Shown here one piece after another: positions 21,339-31,477 of a stretch of 64,000 bases of DNA. The translations under genes were made by a program, and so were the position numbers. Below the pieces are notes generated by a model, which saw only the letters and a program-made list of their open reading frames with translations, did no database searches and was not told the origin of the DNA. Each line of letters opens with the position of its first letter. Position 1 is the first letter of the stretch. This DNA comes from an uncultured Clostridia bacterium (GTDB lineage Bacteria > Bacillota > Clostridia > Christensenellales > UBA1242): NCBI GenBank assembly GCA_934777505.1, contig CAKVNM010000004.1, forward strand, positions 81,342 to 145,341, written 5' to 3'.

Positions 21339-22061
21339 ATGAATTTGGTGCGTGACAACTGGGACGAAAAAGATATTTTGGAACTTGAAGACTATTTGAA
21401 AACTTTTTCCAAGGGCAAAGAAGCGTCTTTGTGGGAGCAACGAATAGTCAACACTTCGCTTCCATGTTTGGCAATTCCAAGCGAGATAATTCAAAACACA
21501 GCAAAGCAAATTTATAAAGGCAATTTTATGGGTTTTATTAACCTTTTTCCATGGAATTATCATGCCGAAACCATGATTTTGGGTGCATTGATTTCTAGGA
21601 TTAAAGATTTTGATACTTATTCTCAAAAACTTTTAAAGTTCGCCAAAAAATGTGATAATTGGTCATCTTGCGATACGCTAAAATTTAATATCACAACACA
21701 AAACAAATCCAAGTTTTTCAAGTTGGCGCAAGATTTTATTTCGTCAGCCGAACCTTTTGTTAGGAGAGTCGGTTTTAGAATACTTTTTAAGTTCGTAGAC
21801 AATGAGCATATTGATACTATTCTCAATATTTGCAACAGCATGAAAAATGAACAACATTATTATGTTAACATGGTGGTAGCGTGGCTACTTTGCGAGTGCT
21901 TTGTTAAACAGCGAGAAAAAACTTTGGCGTTTTTGTTAACAAACAATCTTAACGATTTTACTCTTAGAAAAATGATTAGCAAATGTATTGATAGTTATCG
22001 AGTGAGTGCAGAAGACAAGAAATTTTTGAAAAATTATAGGCAGAGCAAATTTTCCAACTAA
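21339..22061 (+). CDS. DNA alkylation repair (AlkD-like HEAT-repeat) protein
   Basis: Length and helical-repeat pattern fit the DNA_alkylation family, including W..S.E.FVRR.GF. ATG 21339 with AGGAG RBS and a TGATATAAT -10. Confidence 0.6.
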   Translation: MNLVRDNWDEKDILELEDYLKTFSKGKEASLWEQRIVNTSLPCLAIPSEIIQNTAKQIYKGNFMGFINLFPWNYHAETMILGALISRIKDFDTYSQKLLKFAKKCDNWSSCDTLKFNITTQNKSKFFKLAQDFISSAEPFVRRVGFRILFKFVDNEHIDTILNICNSMKNEQHYYVNMVVAWLLCECFVKQREKTLAFLLTNNLNDFTLRKMISKCIDSYRVSAEDKKFLKNYRQSKFSN

Positions 22062-22075
22062 TTTTGTAATTTAAC

Positions 22076-22104
22076 TTGCAATCCTGAGCAATTTTATATA
22101 TAAT
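22076..22104 (+). promoter_or_regulatory. sigma-70-type promoter upstream of the tRNA-Ser(GGA) leader element
   Basis: TTGCAA - 17 nt - TATAAT. Confidence 0.5.
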
Positions 22105-22215
22105 CAAAATGGCTTTGAAAAATGGGTGATATACAAACAGAAATAATTTATTGATTTTGCAATGCGTGATTTTGGCTAAACCAAATATGCTACTGCTAGA
22201 ATTGTTTGTTATGTA

Positions 22216-22355
22216 AGGGAGTTTAGAGTGGTCGGCGTCAAAGCGTTCGCTTATGCCATTTGACTAATCGTCAAACTGGCGGTGTCGCTCAGCTTTGCCT
22301 TTCCCCAAAAAATGAGTTGCAATGCTATTTTTCGGGGACTCCAGCACATTCGACC
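22216..22355 (+). ncRNA. tRNA-Ser-associated structured element, copy C (unclassified)
   Basis: Homologous to the two copies at 35610..35931. Both hairpins are conserved with changed loops and stem extension. Its 3' end AGCACATTCGACC is the exact reverse complement of nt 17-29 of the tRNA 56 nt downstream. Confidence 0.45.
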
Positions 22356-22411
22356 TTTTCGCTTTATTAGCCAAATTGTTGAATATGCTTTTAAATAAAT
22401 CTATAAACTAT

Positions 22412-22499
22412 GGAAGGGTGTCAGAGTGGTCGAATGTGCTCGCTTGGAAAGCGGGTGTGCCTAAAAGCACCGCAGGTTCAAATCCTGTCCCTTCCGCCA
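22412..22499 (+). tRNA. tRNA-Ser (anticodon GGA), CCA encoded
   Basis: Cloverleaf with 7-bp acceptor GGAAGGG/CCCTTCC, anticodon loop TTGGAAA, long variable arm, T-loop GGTTCAAATCC. Confidence 0.95.
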
Positions 22500-22839
22500 A
22501 TAATCGAGAACTTATGCAATTCGCTTGTTGTGAATATGCTTGCTTTTCTCATTAAAAAACACTTGATTTTTTATCAGGTGTTTTTTGTTATTAAAAAGAA
22601 AAATGTAAACTTTATAAGTTTTATTTAGTAGGAATAGTTGTTGAATCATTTAGAAGCATTTAATCAATTTGTTAATCATCGTTTTAATTTTTACCATTTA
22701 GTAAAGGTTAGCAAGTTATTGCCTTGGACGCTTGCACGGTCAAGTCGGGCAAGTTAATGTTGTTATGTAAGAGGATTAATTATTCCAAACTTTGTAATGC
22801 TGATATTATGAAAAAAAGCGAGCCAATTTGACTCGTTTT

Positions 22840-23988
22840 TTAAATTTCTCTTTCCAGAGTTATGCCGTCTTTAAATCCGCACGGGCTTTGACAATCAAAC
22901 CCTTTTAGGCATCTTGCACCTTTGGCTTTTTCTAGCAAAAGTTTTTTAATGCTATCGTCTTCGGTTTTTAGTGCATATTTTAAAAGCGTGTTTTTCGTCT
23001 GCAAACAAACTTCAAGTTGAGCGCTAGTGCATAGCCTTTCGTTTGCCTTTTGGAGTAGGTTTTCCACAAGCCCACGCTCGCAGATGTTAACCATTTTTCC
23101 TTGCGGAAAAAGATGAGCCACCTTTTGCATATCGTCAAGCCACATTTTTTTAAGACTTTCATTTTTTCTTATCAGTAGCGGAACATAGAACGATTGCTCC
23201 TTGGTGTCAAAAAACTCATAACTCAAACTTCTATGTCTTTGGGCTTGACCAAGCATTGCTAGTGAGCCAACATAGTTCACTGAGTAAACATCGCCAAAAT
23301 ATTCTTTGCGTGATTTTTGTGCAAGTAATCCAAAATGCAAGTCTTTTGAAAACCTTTCAAAGTTTGCGTCTACAAGGTTGTTTTGTTTCAAAAATGAGCA
23401 AAAATCTTGTATGTCTAATATGATGTGTTTGATGTAGTCGTTGGTGGAATTTTCAAGATTTTTTAGCATATAGTAAAGTTTGTTTAGTTGCCTGAACGAA
23501 ACCGTGTATGCCATGCTGGTTTTTGTAAAAACGCTAACAAAATATCTTGCGTTTTCCTGAGCGAGTTTCTCAATTTTTTTGTCTGTCAAATATTTTTCGT
23601 TTGGATATCTTTTTTTGATTAACTCAGCAAAAATTTTGCACCACTTGGTGTAGAGTTTTAGTTCAATTCCGTCAAGGCTAAGAGTAGTGTATCTCGCACT
23701 TTTTTCGCTGGTGGCGTAGACCCTTTCGCCGTTGAGTAGCATTGCAAAAAATTTTGGAATTTGGTCAAGATATAGGGTTATGTATTCGTGGTCAAAAATG
23801 CTTTGATGACCAAGACGGCTGGCGTTTTGACTTCGCCTGATTTTCTGTTCTTTTGACTGACTGATTAAGTCGTCCAAAGTTTTTTGATTGTAGCAAATGC
23901 CAGCAAGTGTTCCACTAAACTCACTGTATTGTTCTTTCAAGTTTTCTCCATGATTTTCGGCTGTGGAAAGTAAAATTTTTATGTCCAT
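22840..23988 (-). CDS. ThyX (Thy1) family protein with tandem ThyX-like halves
   Basis: First half: GHQSIFDHEYITLYL ... SEKSARYT (ThyX S-x-RY region but no RHR). Second half: QAQRHRSLSYEF ... SAQLEV (RHR motif). Confidence 0.55.
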   Translation of the reverse strand: MDIKILLSTAENHGENLKEQYSEFSGTLAGICYNQKTLDDLISQSKEQKIRRSQNASRLGHQSIFDHEYITLYLDQIPKFFAMLLNGERVYATSEKSARYTTLSLDGIELKLYTKWCKIFAELIKKRYPNEKYLTDKKIEKLAQENARYFVSVFTKTSMAYTVSFRQLNKLYYMLKNLENSTNDYIKHIILDIQDFCSFLKQNNLVDANFERFSKDLHFGLLAQKSRKEYFGDVYSVNYVGSLAMLGQAQRHRSLSYEFFDTKEQSFYVPLLIRKNESLKKMWLDDMQKVAHLFPQGKMVNICERGLVENLLQKANERLCTSAQLEVCLQTKNTLLKYALKTEDDSIKKLLLEKAKGARCLKGFDCQSPCGFKDGITLEREI

Positions 23989-24071
23989 ATTGTTTCTCCT
24001 TGTTGCAATTATAATGCGATAGTGTTATAATTACAATAACAAGATTTTTATTGGAGGCATAAGCATATTTT

Positions 24072-24953
24072 ATGACAAATCTTAACCTATACAAATTTTT
24101 TTGTGTTGTCGCAAAAGAGAAAAATCTTTCAAAAGCGAGCGAAAAACTGTTTGTTTCTCAGCCAGCAGTTTCGTTTTCTATCAAGGAACTAGAAAAAGAA
24201 CTCGGTCAAAAACTGTTCGTTAGAAAAAGCAAGGGTGTTGAACTGACCACCTTTGGCAAAATGCTTTATGAAAAAATTAGTCCGTTTTTAAATAGTTGTG
24301 ACGAAGCCGAAGTTTTGGCTCAAAAGTTTGCAAAACTTCAAACGGGAGTTGTTAGAATTGGCAGTAGTTCATCAAATGTCAATCAAGTTTTAATCGACTA
24401 TCTTTCAAAGTTTGCGAGCCTATATCCCGACATTCAAATTGTTATGGAAAGGGGAAGTAAAGACGAACTCGTTCAAAAACTTTCGCTTGGCGAACTTGAT
24501 ATGATTTTTGTTGACAAGTTCGACAAAGTTTTGGACTACAAAATTGTAAAACAATTTGATGTTGTTTATCAGTTGATTGGAAGCAAGGATTTCAAACAAA
24601 AGTATCCGCTGGATAGCGTTGAGCCAAAGGATTTTCCTGTGCAAGACTTAATGCTACCAAGTATCAATAACAATTCGAGAATTACTATCAATAACTACTT
24701 TAACGCCCACGGAATATCGCTCAATCCAAAATATGAACTCGACAACTATATTTTGCTTTATGAATTCGTAAAAAAGGGTTTTGGTATGGCGTTTGTTAAT
24801 ATTGAGTACTACAAGCAAAAAGTGCTTAGCCACGAAGTTAAAGTAATATTCCCAAACTTTTCAATCTGTGCAAGAAATATCGTTTGTGCAGTAAGTTATG
24901 ATATCAGTAATCCCGCTACAAACAAACTGGTTGAGATTATCACGAACAACTAA
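24072..24953 (+). CDS. LysR family transcriptional regulator
   Basis: N-terminal wHTH (NLSKASEKLFVSQPAVSFSIKELEKELGQKLF) and C-terminal substrate-binding domain. Divergent from the ThyX-like gene. Confidence 0.85.
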   Translation: MTNLNLYKFFCVVAKEKNLSKASEKLFVSQPAVSFSIKELEKELGQKLFVRKSKGVELTTFGKMLYEKISPFLNSCDEAEVLAQKFAKLQTGVVRIGSSSSNVNQVLIDYLSKFASLYPDIQIVMERGSKDELVQKLSLGELDMIFVDKFDKVLDYKIVKQFDVVYQLIGSKDFKQKYPLDSVEPKDFPVQDLMLPSINNNSRITINNYFNAHGISLNPKYELDNYILLYEFVKKGFGMAFVNIEYYKQKVLSHEVKVIFPNFSICARNIVCAVSYDISNPATNKLVEIITNN

Positions 24954-25028
24954 AAAAGAGCAGTTTTTGCTCTTTTATTTGTTTAAAATTAAATACAAAG
25001 GTTTTTGTGTTCTAAAAATTTCTGCTAT

Positions 25029-25535
25029 CTAAAACAATTCTTCGTCTTCATTTCCGTCATCTTTTTTGTCAGGTTTTTCTTGCTTGATTTTATAAACTAT
25101 TCCCGCAAGTTTTTCGTATGCTCTAACTCGCTTATCAAGTTCGATTAGGTTTGAACCAGAAAACTTTGTGCCGGTGTAGGTGAAGTAGTCCATGTGGAAA
25201 GTTTTGTCGTAGTACTGAGTTACAACCAACACTCCGCTCACGCAAGGATAAGCCAAGATGTCATAAATGTTATTTTCCATTTCGTTAAGTGCGGTTTCCT
25301 GAACTTTAAAAAGTTGCACGCCATTATTTTTAATGAATAGGTAAGAGATTTGTTCGTTGCTCTTAACCGAGAGTAATGCTCCTGTTTTAAAAATTTTTAC
25401 TGACTTTTGTTGATTTAGTTCGTTTTCGCAATCGCTTTGAATTTTGATTGCACTCATTGGCAAGTTTGTGTGACGAAGTTCGTTGTTCTCGTCAAAATAA
25501 AAGTTGTTGTTTTGGTGTTGTTTTAAAAATTTCAT
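25029..25535 (-). CDS. hypothetical protein, paralog of 7047..7541
   Basis: Same conserved blocks as 7047..7541. AAGGAG RBS. Confidence 0.55.
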   Translation of the reverse strand: MKFLKQHQNNNFYFDENNELRHTNLPMSAIKIQSDCENELNQQKSVKIFKTGALLSVKSNEQISYLFIKNNGVQLFKVQETALNEMENNIYDILAYPCVSGVLVVTQYYDKTFHMDYFTYTGTKFSGSNLIELDKRVRAYEKLAGIVYKIKQEKPDKKDDGNEDEELF

Positions 25536-25632
25536 GTTATTTTCTCCTTTTTACGCAGTTATTATATCTTGCAAAAGGCATAAAGTAAATAACAAGAATT
25601 TTATGTGTGATATAAGATTTACTTATATTAAA

Positions 25633-26178
25633 TTACAGCAAATTTTTCTTTTCAAGTTTGTCAAAAATGTCGTACATAACAACGCTTGCAGCGGTTGAAA
25701 CATTCAAACTGTTTGCCATGCCAAGAAGTGGAAGGTGAACGGACGCATCTGCAATGTCAATAATCTTTTGCGATACTCCGTCAAACTCTCTGCCAAGCAC
25801 CAAACAAACAGGCTTTGTTGGAACATATTTTCGGTAGTCAACGCTGTTAGAAGTTACTTCAACCGCCACAATTTCCACGCCCTGATTTTTTAAATCAAGA
25901 GCCACCTGCAAAGAATCTTCTTTGTATTCCCAAGGAACCCATTTTTCCGCACCCCTAGAACCTTGCTTGATTTTCATGTTTGGTGGAACAATAGTGTTTC
26001 CGCAAATATACACTTTTTTAATAAGTAGCGAGTCGGCAAGTCTTAGTATACAGCCAATATTGTGAGCACATTTTAGGCTGTCAAGTATGATATAAATATT
26101 GTTTCGCTTTTTACTAAAAAATTCTTCTTTTCTTGTTTTGGTTTCTCGTAGTTCTGTTTTGGTTAGTTGATGTTCCAT
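25633..26178 (-). CDS. SpoU/TrmH family RNA 2'-O-methyltransferase
   Basis: HNIGCILRLADS and LVLGREFDGVS ... IPLLGMANSLNVSTAASVVMYD motifs. Start placed at ATG 26178 with GGGAGAA RBS. Confidence 0.8.
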   Translation of the reverse strand: MEHQLTKTELRETKTRKEEFFSKKRNNIYIILDSLKCAHNIGCILRLADSLLIKKVYICGNTIVPPNMKIKQGSRGAEKWVPWEYKEDSLQVALDLKNQGVEIVAVEVTSNSVDYRKYVPTKPVCLVLGREFDGVSQKIIDIADASVHLPLLGMANSLNVSTAASVVMYDIFDKLEKKNLL

Positions 26179-26358
26179 GATTTTCTCCCATGTTTTTCTT
26201 ATTTTAATTCTTGCGTCAATTTTTGTCAAAGCAATCTTGATTGCCACTCGCTTTGAATAAGTAGAAATATATAGTTAATAATAAAAGTATGTTACTTTAT
26301 GTTGTGGAAAGCAAACCCTGTGGAATAAGCGAAAAAAAGTTAAAAAAATTTTAAAAAA

Positions 26359-26385
26359 TTAGCACTCGACACTTGACAGTGCTAA
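26359..26385 (+). promoter_or_regulatory. CIRCE (HrcA operator) upstream of clpB
   Basis: TTAGCACTC-N9-CAGTGCTAA versus the consensus TTAGCACTC-N9-GAGTGCTAA (one mismatch). Confidence 0.75.
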
Positions 26386-26401
26386 TTTTTCATACTATAA
26401 T
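26373..26401 (+). promoter_or_regulatory. clpB promoter overlapping CIRCE
   Basis: TTGACA - 17 nt - TATAAT. The -35 lies inside the CIRCE spacer. Confidence 0.6.
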
Positions 26402-26429
26402 GTCGCTTGAAAAAAGGAGGTAGAACATT

Positions 26430-29009
26430 ATGAACTACGACAAAATAACTCAAAAGAGTGCGGAATGTTTACAAAACGCTCAAAGTTGTGCGCTTCAAAA
26501 CGGCAATCAAGAAATCACAAGTTTGCATTTAGCGTATGCACTTTGTAGCGACCAAGACGGACTCATATATCAAATACTACAAGATATGAATGTTAATATT
26601 GATAGCCTACTCAATGATTTGGCTAGCAAAATTAGCGTTCTGCCAAAAATCAGTCCAATTCAGCAAGCATATTTGTCAGTCGAAGCCGACCAAGTTTTAA
26701 CACTTGCCGAGCAAATCGCAAAGAACATGAAAGACGAATATGTTTCGGTTGAACACATATTTTTGGCGTTGATTGAAAAGTCTAGCAAAGACTTAAAACA
26801 ACTTTTAAATTCCTACAACATCACAAAAGACGCTTTTATCAAAGAACTTGCTAGCGTTAGGGGTAATCAAAATGTTACTAGCGACAATCCCGAAAACACA
26901 TATAATGCCCTTAAAAAATTTGGCACAGACCTTGTTGAAATGGCAAGGCAAAACAAAATCGACCCAGTTATTGGCAGAGATAGCGAGATTCGTGACACAA
27001 TCATGATTCTTTCCAGAAAGACCAAAAACAACCCAGTGCTAATTGGTGAAGCGGGCGTTGGCAAGACCGCTATTGTTGAAGGCTTAGCCCAACGAATTGT
27101 TAGCGGAGATGTTCCAACGAACTTGAAAGATAGAACTATCTTTTCGCTTGATATGGGAGCGCTCGTTGCGGGTGCAAAATATCGTGGCGAGTTTGAAGAT
27201 AGACTAAAATCTGTTTTAAACGAAGTTAAAAAGAGCAACGGAAAGATTATTCTTTTCATTGATGAACTTCACACAATCGTTGGTGCTGGAAACAGCGAAG
27301 GCGGAATGGACGCAGGCAACCTTTTAAAACCTATGCTTGCTAGGGGCGAACTCCACTGCATTGGAGCAACAACGCTCAACGAATATCACAAGTATATCGA
27401 AAAAGACCCTGCCCTAGAACGAAGATTTCAAACAGTTCTTGTCAGCGAGCCAACTGTTGCCGACACAATCGCAATCTTGCGTGGATTAAAGGAAAGATAT
27501 GAAGTATATCACGGAGTAAAAATTAGTGATAGTGCTTTAATCAACGCAGCCGTGCTTTCAAACAGATATATCACCGACAGATTTTTGCCAGATAAGGCAA
27601 TCGACCTTGTTGATGAAGCGTGTGCAATCGTCAAAACCGAAATCGACTCCATGCCAACCGAAATGGACGAAATCAGGCACAAGATGATTCAACTTCAAAT
27701 TGAAGAAACTGCTCTAAAAAAAGAAACCGATAACCTTTCAAAATCGCATTTGGCAGACATTCAAAAAGAATTAGCCGAACTGCAATCGCAGTTTGATGTC
27801 ATGAATGCAAAACTCAAAAAGGAAAAGGAAAACATCAACAAAGTTCAGTCCATAAAAGAACAAATCTCGCTCGTCAATGCTCAAATCGAGCAGGCTCAAA
27901 GAGAGTATGACCTTAATCGTGCTGCCGAACTAAAATACTCCAAACTTATTGGACTTCAAAACGACTTAAAAGAAGCCGAAAAGTTGGTCGAAGCCGAACA
28001 AAATGGAATTTTGCAAAGCAAAGTTACGGACGAAGAAATCAGGCAAGTTGTTTCCAAATGGACAGGTATTCCAGTCAATAACCTAAAAGAGAGCGAAAGA
28101 GAAAAAATCTTGAAACTCCCAGAAATTTTGCACACTCGTGTTGTTGGTCAAGACGAAGCGGTTGAAAAAGTTTCAAACGCAATCTTGCGTTCAAGAGCGG
28201 GCATTCAAGACCCAAACAGACCTCTTGGTTCGTTCTTGTTCTTAGGTCCAACCGGTGTTGGAAAAACCGAACTATCAAAAACACTCAGCCAAGCACTATT
28301 TGATGACGAGAAGAACTTGATTAGAATTGATATGAGTGAATATATGGAAAAATTCTCAGTGTCAAGACTAATTGGTGCGCCACCAGGATATGTTGGCTAT
28401 GAGGAAGGCGGACAACTAACCGAAGCCGTTAGAAGAAAACCATATTCCGTAGTACTATTTGACGAAATCGAAAAAGCACACCCAGATGTGTTCAATGTGC
28501 TTCTTCAAATTCTTGATGACGGCAGAATAACCGACTCACTTGGAAAAACTGTCGACTTCAAAAACACAATCATTATCTTAACAAGCAACCTTGGTGCTGA
28601 TGTGATATTAAGTAGTATCGAAAAAAATCACGAAATCACACCAGAAGCACGAGAAGAAGTCAAGAACATTCTAAGACACAATTTTAGACCAGAATTTTTG
28701 AACAGACTTGACGACATTATCTTGTTTAAGCCACTTCAACAAAATCAAATCACAAAGATTGTTGATTTACTCTTGGAAAAACTTGCTCAAAGACTTCAAG
28801 ACAAGCAACTCACATTAAATGTTACATCAAACGCCAAAGACTTTATCGTTAAAAATGGATATGACGAAGCCTATGGTGCAAGACCTTTAAAGAGATTTAT
28901 TCAAGACACCGTTGAAACCGCTGTTGCAAGAAAACTTTTAAGCGACAACTTAACGGCAGGTTCAACAATCACAGTCGATGCGGTTGATGACCAAATTGTT
29001 GTAAAGTAA
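26430..29009 (+). CDS. clpB: ATP-dependent chaperone ClpB
   Basis: Two AAA+ modules ([16 protein letters not shown]), a long middle coiled-coil domain, 859 aa. Confidence 0.97.
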   Translation: MNYDKITQKSAECLQNAQSCALQNGNQEITSLHLAYALCSDQDGLIYQILQDMNVNIDSLLNDLASKISVLPKISPIQQAYLSVEADQVLTLAEQIAKNMKDEYVSVEHIFLALIEKSSKDLKQLLNSYNITKDAFIKELASVRGNQNVTSDNPENTYNALKKFGTDLVEMARQNKIDPVIGRDSEIRDTIMILSRKTKNNPVLIGEAGVGKTAIVEGLAQRIVSGDVPTNLKDRTIFSLDMGALVAGAKYRGEFEDRLKSVLNEVKKSNGKIILFIDELHTIVGAGNSEGGMDAGNLLKPMLARGELHCIGATTLNEYHKYIEKDPALERRFQTVLVSEPTVADTIAILRGLKERYEVYHGVKISDSALINAAVLSNRYITDRFLPDKAIDLVDEACAIVKTEIDSMPTEMDEIRHKMIQLQIEETALKKETDNLSKSHLADIQKELAELQSQFDVMNAKLKKEKENINKVQSIKEQISLVNAQIEQAQREYDLNRAAELKYSKLIGLQNDLKEAEKLVEAEQNGILQSKVTDEEIRQVVSKWTGIPVNNLKESEREKILKLPEILHTRVVGQDEAVEKVSNAILRSRAGIQDPNRPLGSFLFLGPTGVGKTELSKTLSQALFDDEKNLIRIDMSEYMEKFSVSRLIGAPPGYVGYEEGGQLTEAVRRKPYSVVLFDEIEKAHPDVFNVLLQILDDGRITDSLGKTVDFKNTIIILTSNLGADVILSSIEKNHEITPEAREEVKNILRHNFRPEFLNRLDDIILFKPLQQNQITKIVDLLLEKLAQRLQDKQLTLNVTSNAKDFIVKNGYDEAYGARPLKRFIQDTVETAVARKLLSDNLTAGSTITVDAVDDQIVVK

Positions 29010-29031
29010 CCTAAAACTTGATAATTTTAAA

Positions 29032-29065
29032 AGAAAATACTAAACACATAGTATTTTCTTTTTTT
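29032..29065 (+). terminator. rho-independent terminator after clpB
   Basis: AGAAAATACT / AGTATTTTCT stem followed by a T-run. Confidence 0.7.
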
Positions 29066-29119
29066 ATGTCAAAAATTTTTAGTATAATAAATCAAAAGAA
29101 TATTAGGGGGACTACAATT

Positions 29120-31477
29120 TTGGATAAATTTTCAAGCAAAGAATATTTTGAAACACTCAACAAGTATTGGAACGCCAGCAACTATCTTAGTGTGGCTCAG
29201 TTATATTTGTTAAAAAATCCACTGCTTCGTGACCACGAACTTTGCGAAGACGACTTAAAGAAAAAACTCGTTGGACATTGGGGAACTGTCCCAGGTCAAA
29301 ACTTTGTGTATGCTCACTGCAACAGAGTTATAACAAAGTACAATCTTGATATGATTTTTATTTCTGGGCCGGGACACGGCGGAAACTTCTTGGTGGCTAA
29401 TAGTTATCTTGAAGGAGTGTATAGCGAAGTTTATCCAGAAATTTCGCAAGACAAAAAGGGCATGACAAGGCTTTGTAAACAATTCTCATTCCCAGGTGGA
29501 ATTGGCTCTCACTGCGTGCCAGAAACCCCAGGTTCAATCAATGAAGGCGGAGAACTTGGCTATTCTCTTTGCCATGCCTATGGCGCAGTGCTAGACAATC
29601 CAAACTTGATTGCAACCACGGTCGTTGGCGATGGCGAAGCCGAAACTGGACCACTCGCAACTTCTTGGCACCTAAACAAGTTTATCGACCCAGTTAGAGA
29701 TGGAACAGTGCTTCCAGTTCTTCATTTAAACGGCTACAAAATCAGCAATCCAACGCTCCTATCTCGTATGCCACACGAAACCCTAAAAAGTTTGTTTGAA
29801 GGCTACGGCTACAAGCCATATTTTGTCGAAGGCGATGACCCAATGATAATGCATAAACTAATGGCAAAAACAATGGATTGTTGCATAAAAGACATCGAAA
29901 ACATAAAAAAACACGCAAAAAACGATAAAAAACACGAATATATGCCTTTTCCAATGATAATTTTGCGTACACCAAAAGGCTGGACGGGCCCAGACAAAGT
30001 TGACGGAAAGCAGATTGAAGGCAGTTTTAGGGCCCATCAAATTCCGCTAACAATGGAGTCAAAAGAACACCTAAGACTTTTAAAATTTTGGCTGGAAAGT
30101 TACAAACCAGACGAACTTTTTGACGAGAACTACAAGTTAAAACAAGAAATTTTTGATATCTTGCCAAAGGGCGAAAAGCGTATGACTGCAAGCAAGTTTG
30201 CCAACGGCGGATTGCTCTTAAAAGAACTCAAAACTCCAAAACTCGAAGATTATGCTGTCAAGTTTAGGGGACACGGAACAGTTCAAACACAGGATATGTA
30301 TGAACTTGGCGGATACATTCGAGATTTGTACAAACTCAATCCAACAAATTATCGTATTTTCAGCCCAGACGAAGCCATGAGTAATAGGCTTTATAAGGTT
30401 TTTGAAAACGAAAATCGTTCGTTTGCAAGCAAGATTTTGCCAACGGACGAAAAACTTGCTTTTGACGGCAGGATTATGGACTCAATGCTTTCCGAACATA
30501 TTTGCGAAGGAATGCTAGAAGGCTACTTGCTAACAGGAAGGCACGGACTTTTTGATAGTTACGAAGCGTTTGCAACCGTTGTTGATAGCATGGTGGCTCA
30601 GCACGCAAAGTGGCTAAAAGTCTGCAACGAAATTGCTTGGAGAAAGCCAATTTCTTCGCTCAACCTTATTTTAACATCTAACATTTGGCAACAAGACCAC
30701 AATGGCTTTACGCATCAAGACCCAGGGTTCTTAGATCATATTGCAAACAAGAAAGCCGATGTTGTTAGAATCTATCTTCCAGCAGACGCAAACTGCTTGC
30801 TGTCGTGCTACGACCACTGTGCAAAGAGCAAAAACTATGTTAATGTAATTGTTGCTTCAAAAAGACCATCATATCAGTGGCTGACCATGACGGAAGCAAA
30901 AAAACATTGCAAAAATGGTGTTAGCGAATGGGAGTGGGCAGGACTCAACGACACAAAAAATCCAGATTTGATTATGGCTTGCTGTGGCGATACTCCAACA
31001 CTCGAAGCCCTTGCAAGCATAAAACTCATCAAAAAATATTTGCCAGAACTCAATGTTAAATTTATTAATGTGGTGGATTTAATGAAGTTGATTTGTAGCG
31101 AATCGCACCCACACGGTTTGACGCACGAAGAATATGACGAACTATTTACAACCACCAAGCCAATCGTGTTTGCGTTTCACGGCTATCCACAACTTATTCA
31201 TCAGTTAACCTACAACCGCCACAACAGTAATATTCATGTTGCGGGCTACCGAGAAGAAGGCACAATCACAACTCCTTTTGACATGAGAGTTAGAAATCAT
31301 ATCGACAGATATCATCTCGTGCTTAAAGCACTTAGATATCTAAAACTTCCAGCACGCACAAAACAGAAAATCGAAAACGAACTCTATCAAAAACTTGCCG
31401 AGCATTATGACTATATTAGGGAATATGGCGTGGATTTGCCAGAAGTTGAAAACTGGTCTTGGAACAATAAAGAGTAG
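29120..31477 (+). CDS. xfp: xylulose-5-phosphate/fructose-6-phosphate phosphoketolase
   Basis: GHWGTVPGQNF, EGGELGY and GDGEAETGP ThDP-enzyme motifs along the full length. Start assigned to TTG 29120 (AGGGGG RBS 9 nt upstream) because ATG 29066 sits in the clpB terminator T-run. Confidence 0.9.
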   Translation: MDKFSSKEYFETLNKYWNASNYLSVAQLYLLKNPLLRDHELCEDDLKKKLVGHWGTVPGQNFVYAHCNRVITKYNLDMIFISGPGHGGNFLVANSYLEGVYSEVYPEISQDKKGMTRLCKQFSFPGGIGSHCVPETPGSINEGGELGYSLCHAYGAVLDNPNLIATTVVGDGEAETGPLATSWHLNKFIDPVRDGTVLPVLHLNGYKISNPTLLSRMPHETLKSLFEGYGYKPYFVEGDDPMIMHKLMAKTMDCCIKDIENIKKHAKNDKKHEYMPFPMIILRTPKGWTGPDKVDGKQIEGSFRAHQIPLTMESKEHLRLLKFWLESYKPDELFDENYKLKQEIFDILPKGEKRMTASKFANGGLLLKELKTPKLEDYAVKFRGHGTVQTQDMYELGGYIRDLYKLNPTNYRIFSPDEAMSNRLYKVFENENRSFASKILPTDEKLAFDGRIMDSMLSEHICEGMLEGYLLTGRHGLFDSYEAFATVVDSMVAQHAKWLKVCNEIAWRKPISSLNLILTSNIWQQDHNGFTHQDPGFLDHIANKKADVVRIYLPADANCLLSCYDHCAKSKNYVNVIVASKRPSYQWLTMTEAKKHCKNGVSEWEWAGLNDTKNPDLIMACCGDTPTLEALASIKLIKKYLPELNVKFINVVDLMKLICSESHPHGLTHEEYDELFTTTKPIVFAFHGYPQLIHQLTYNRHNSNIHVAGYREEGTITTPFDMRVRNHIDRYHLVLKALRYLKLPARTKQKIENELYQKLAEHYDYIREYGVDLPEVENWSWNNKE

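Noticed and set aside
22322-22628. ORFs 22322..22555 and 22410..22628 (+)
   Set aside because: They overlap tRNA-Ser(GGA) and its leader element.
27342-27344. AGG reassignment (Arg to Met, reported for some uncultivated Bacilli)
   Set aside because: AGG encodes the invariant Arg of the ClpB motif PMLARGEL here and other conserved Arg positions in ClpB (for example EMARQNK), so AGG reads as Arg.
29018-29119. Longer phosphoketolase start (29018 or ATG 29066)
   Set aside because: These codons lie within or before the clpB terminator hairpin and T-run and add a non-conserved hydrophobic extension. TTG 29120 has a strong RBS and gives a typical N-terminus.
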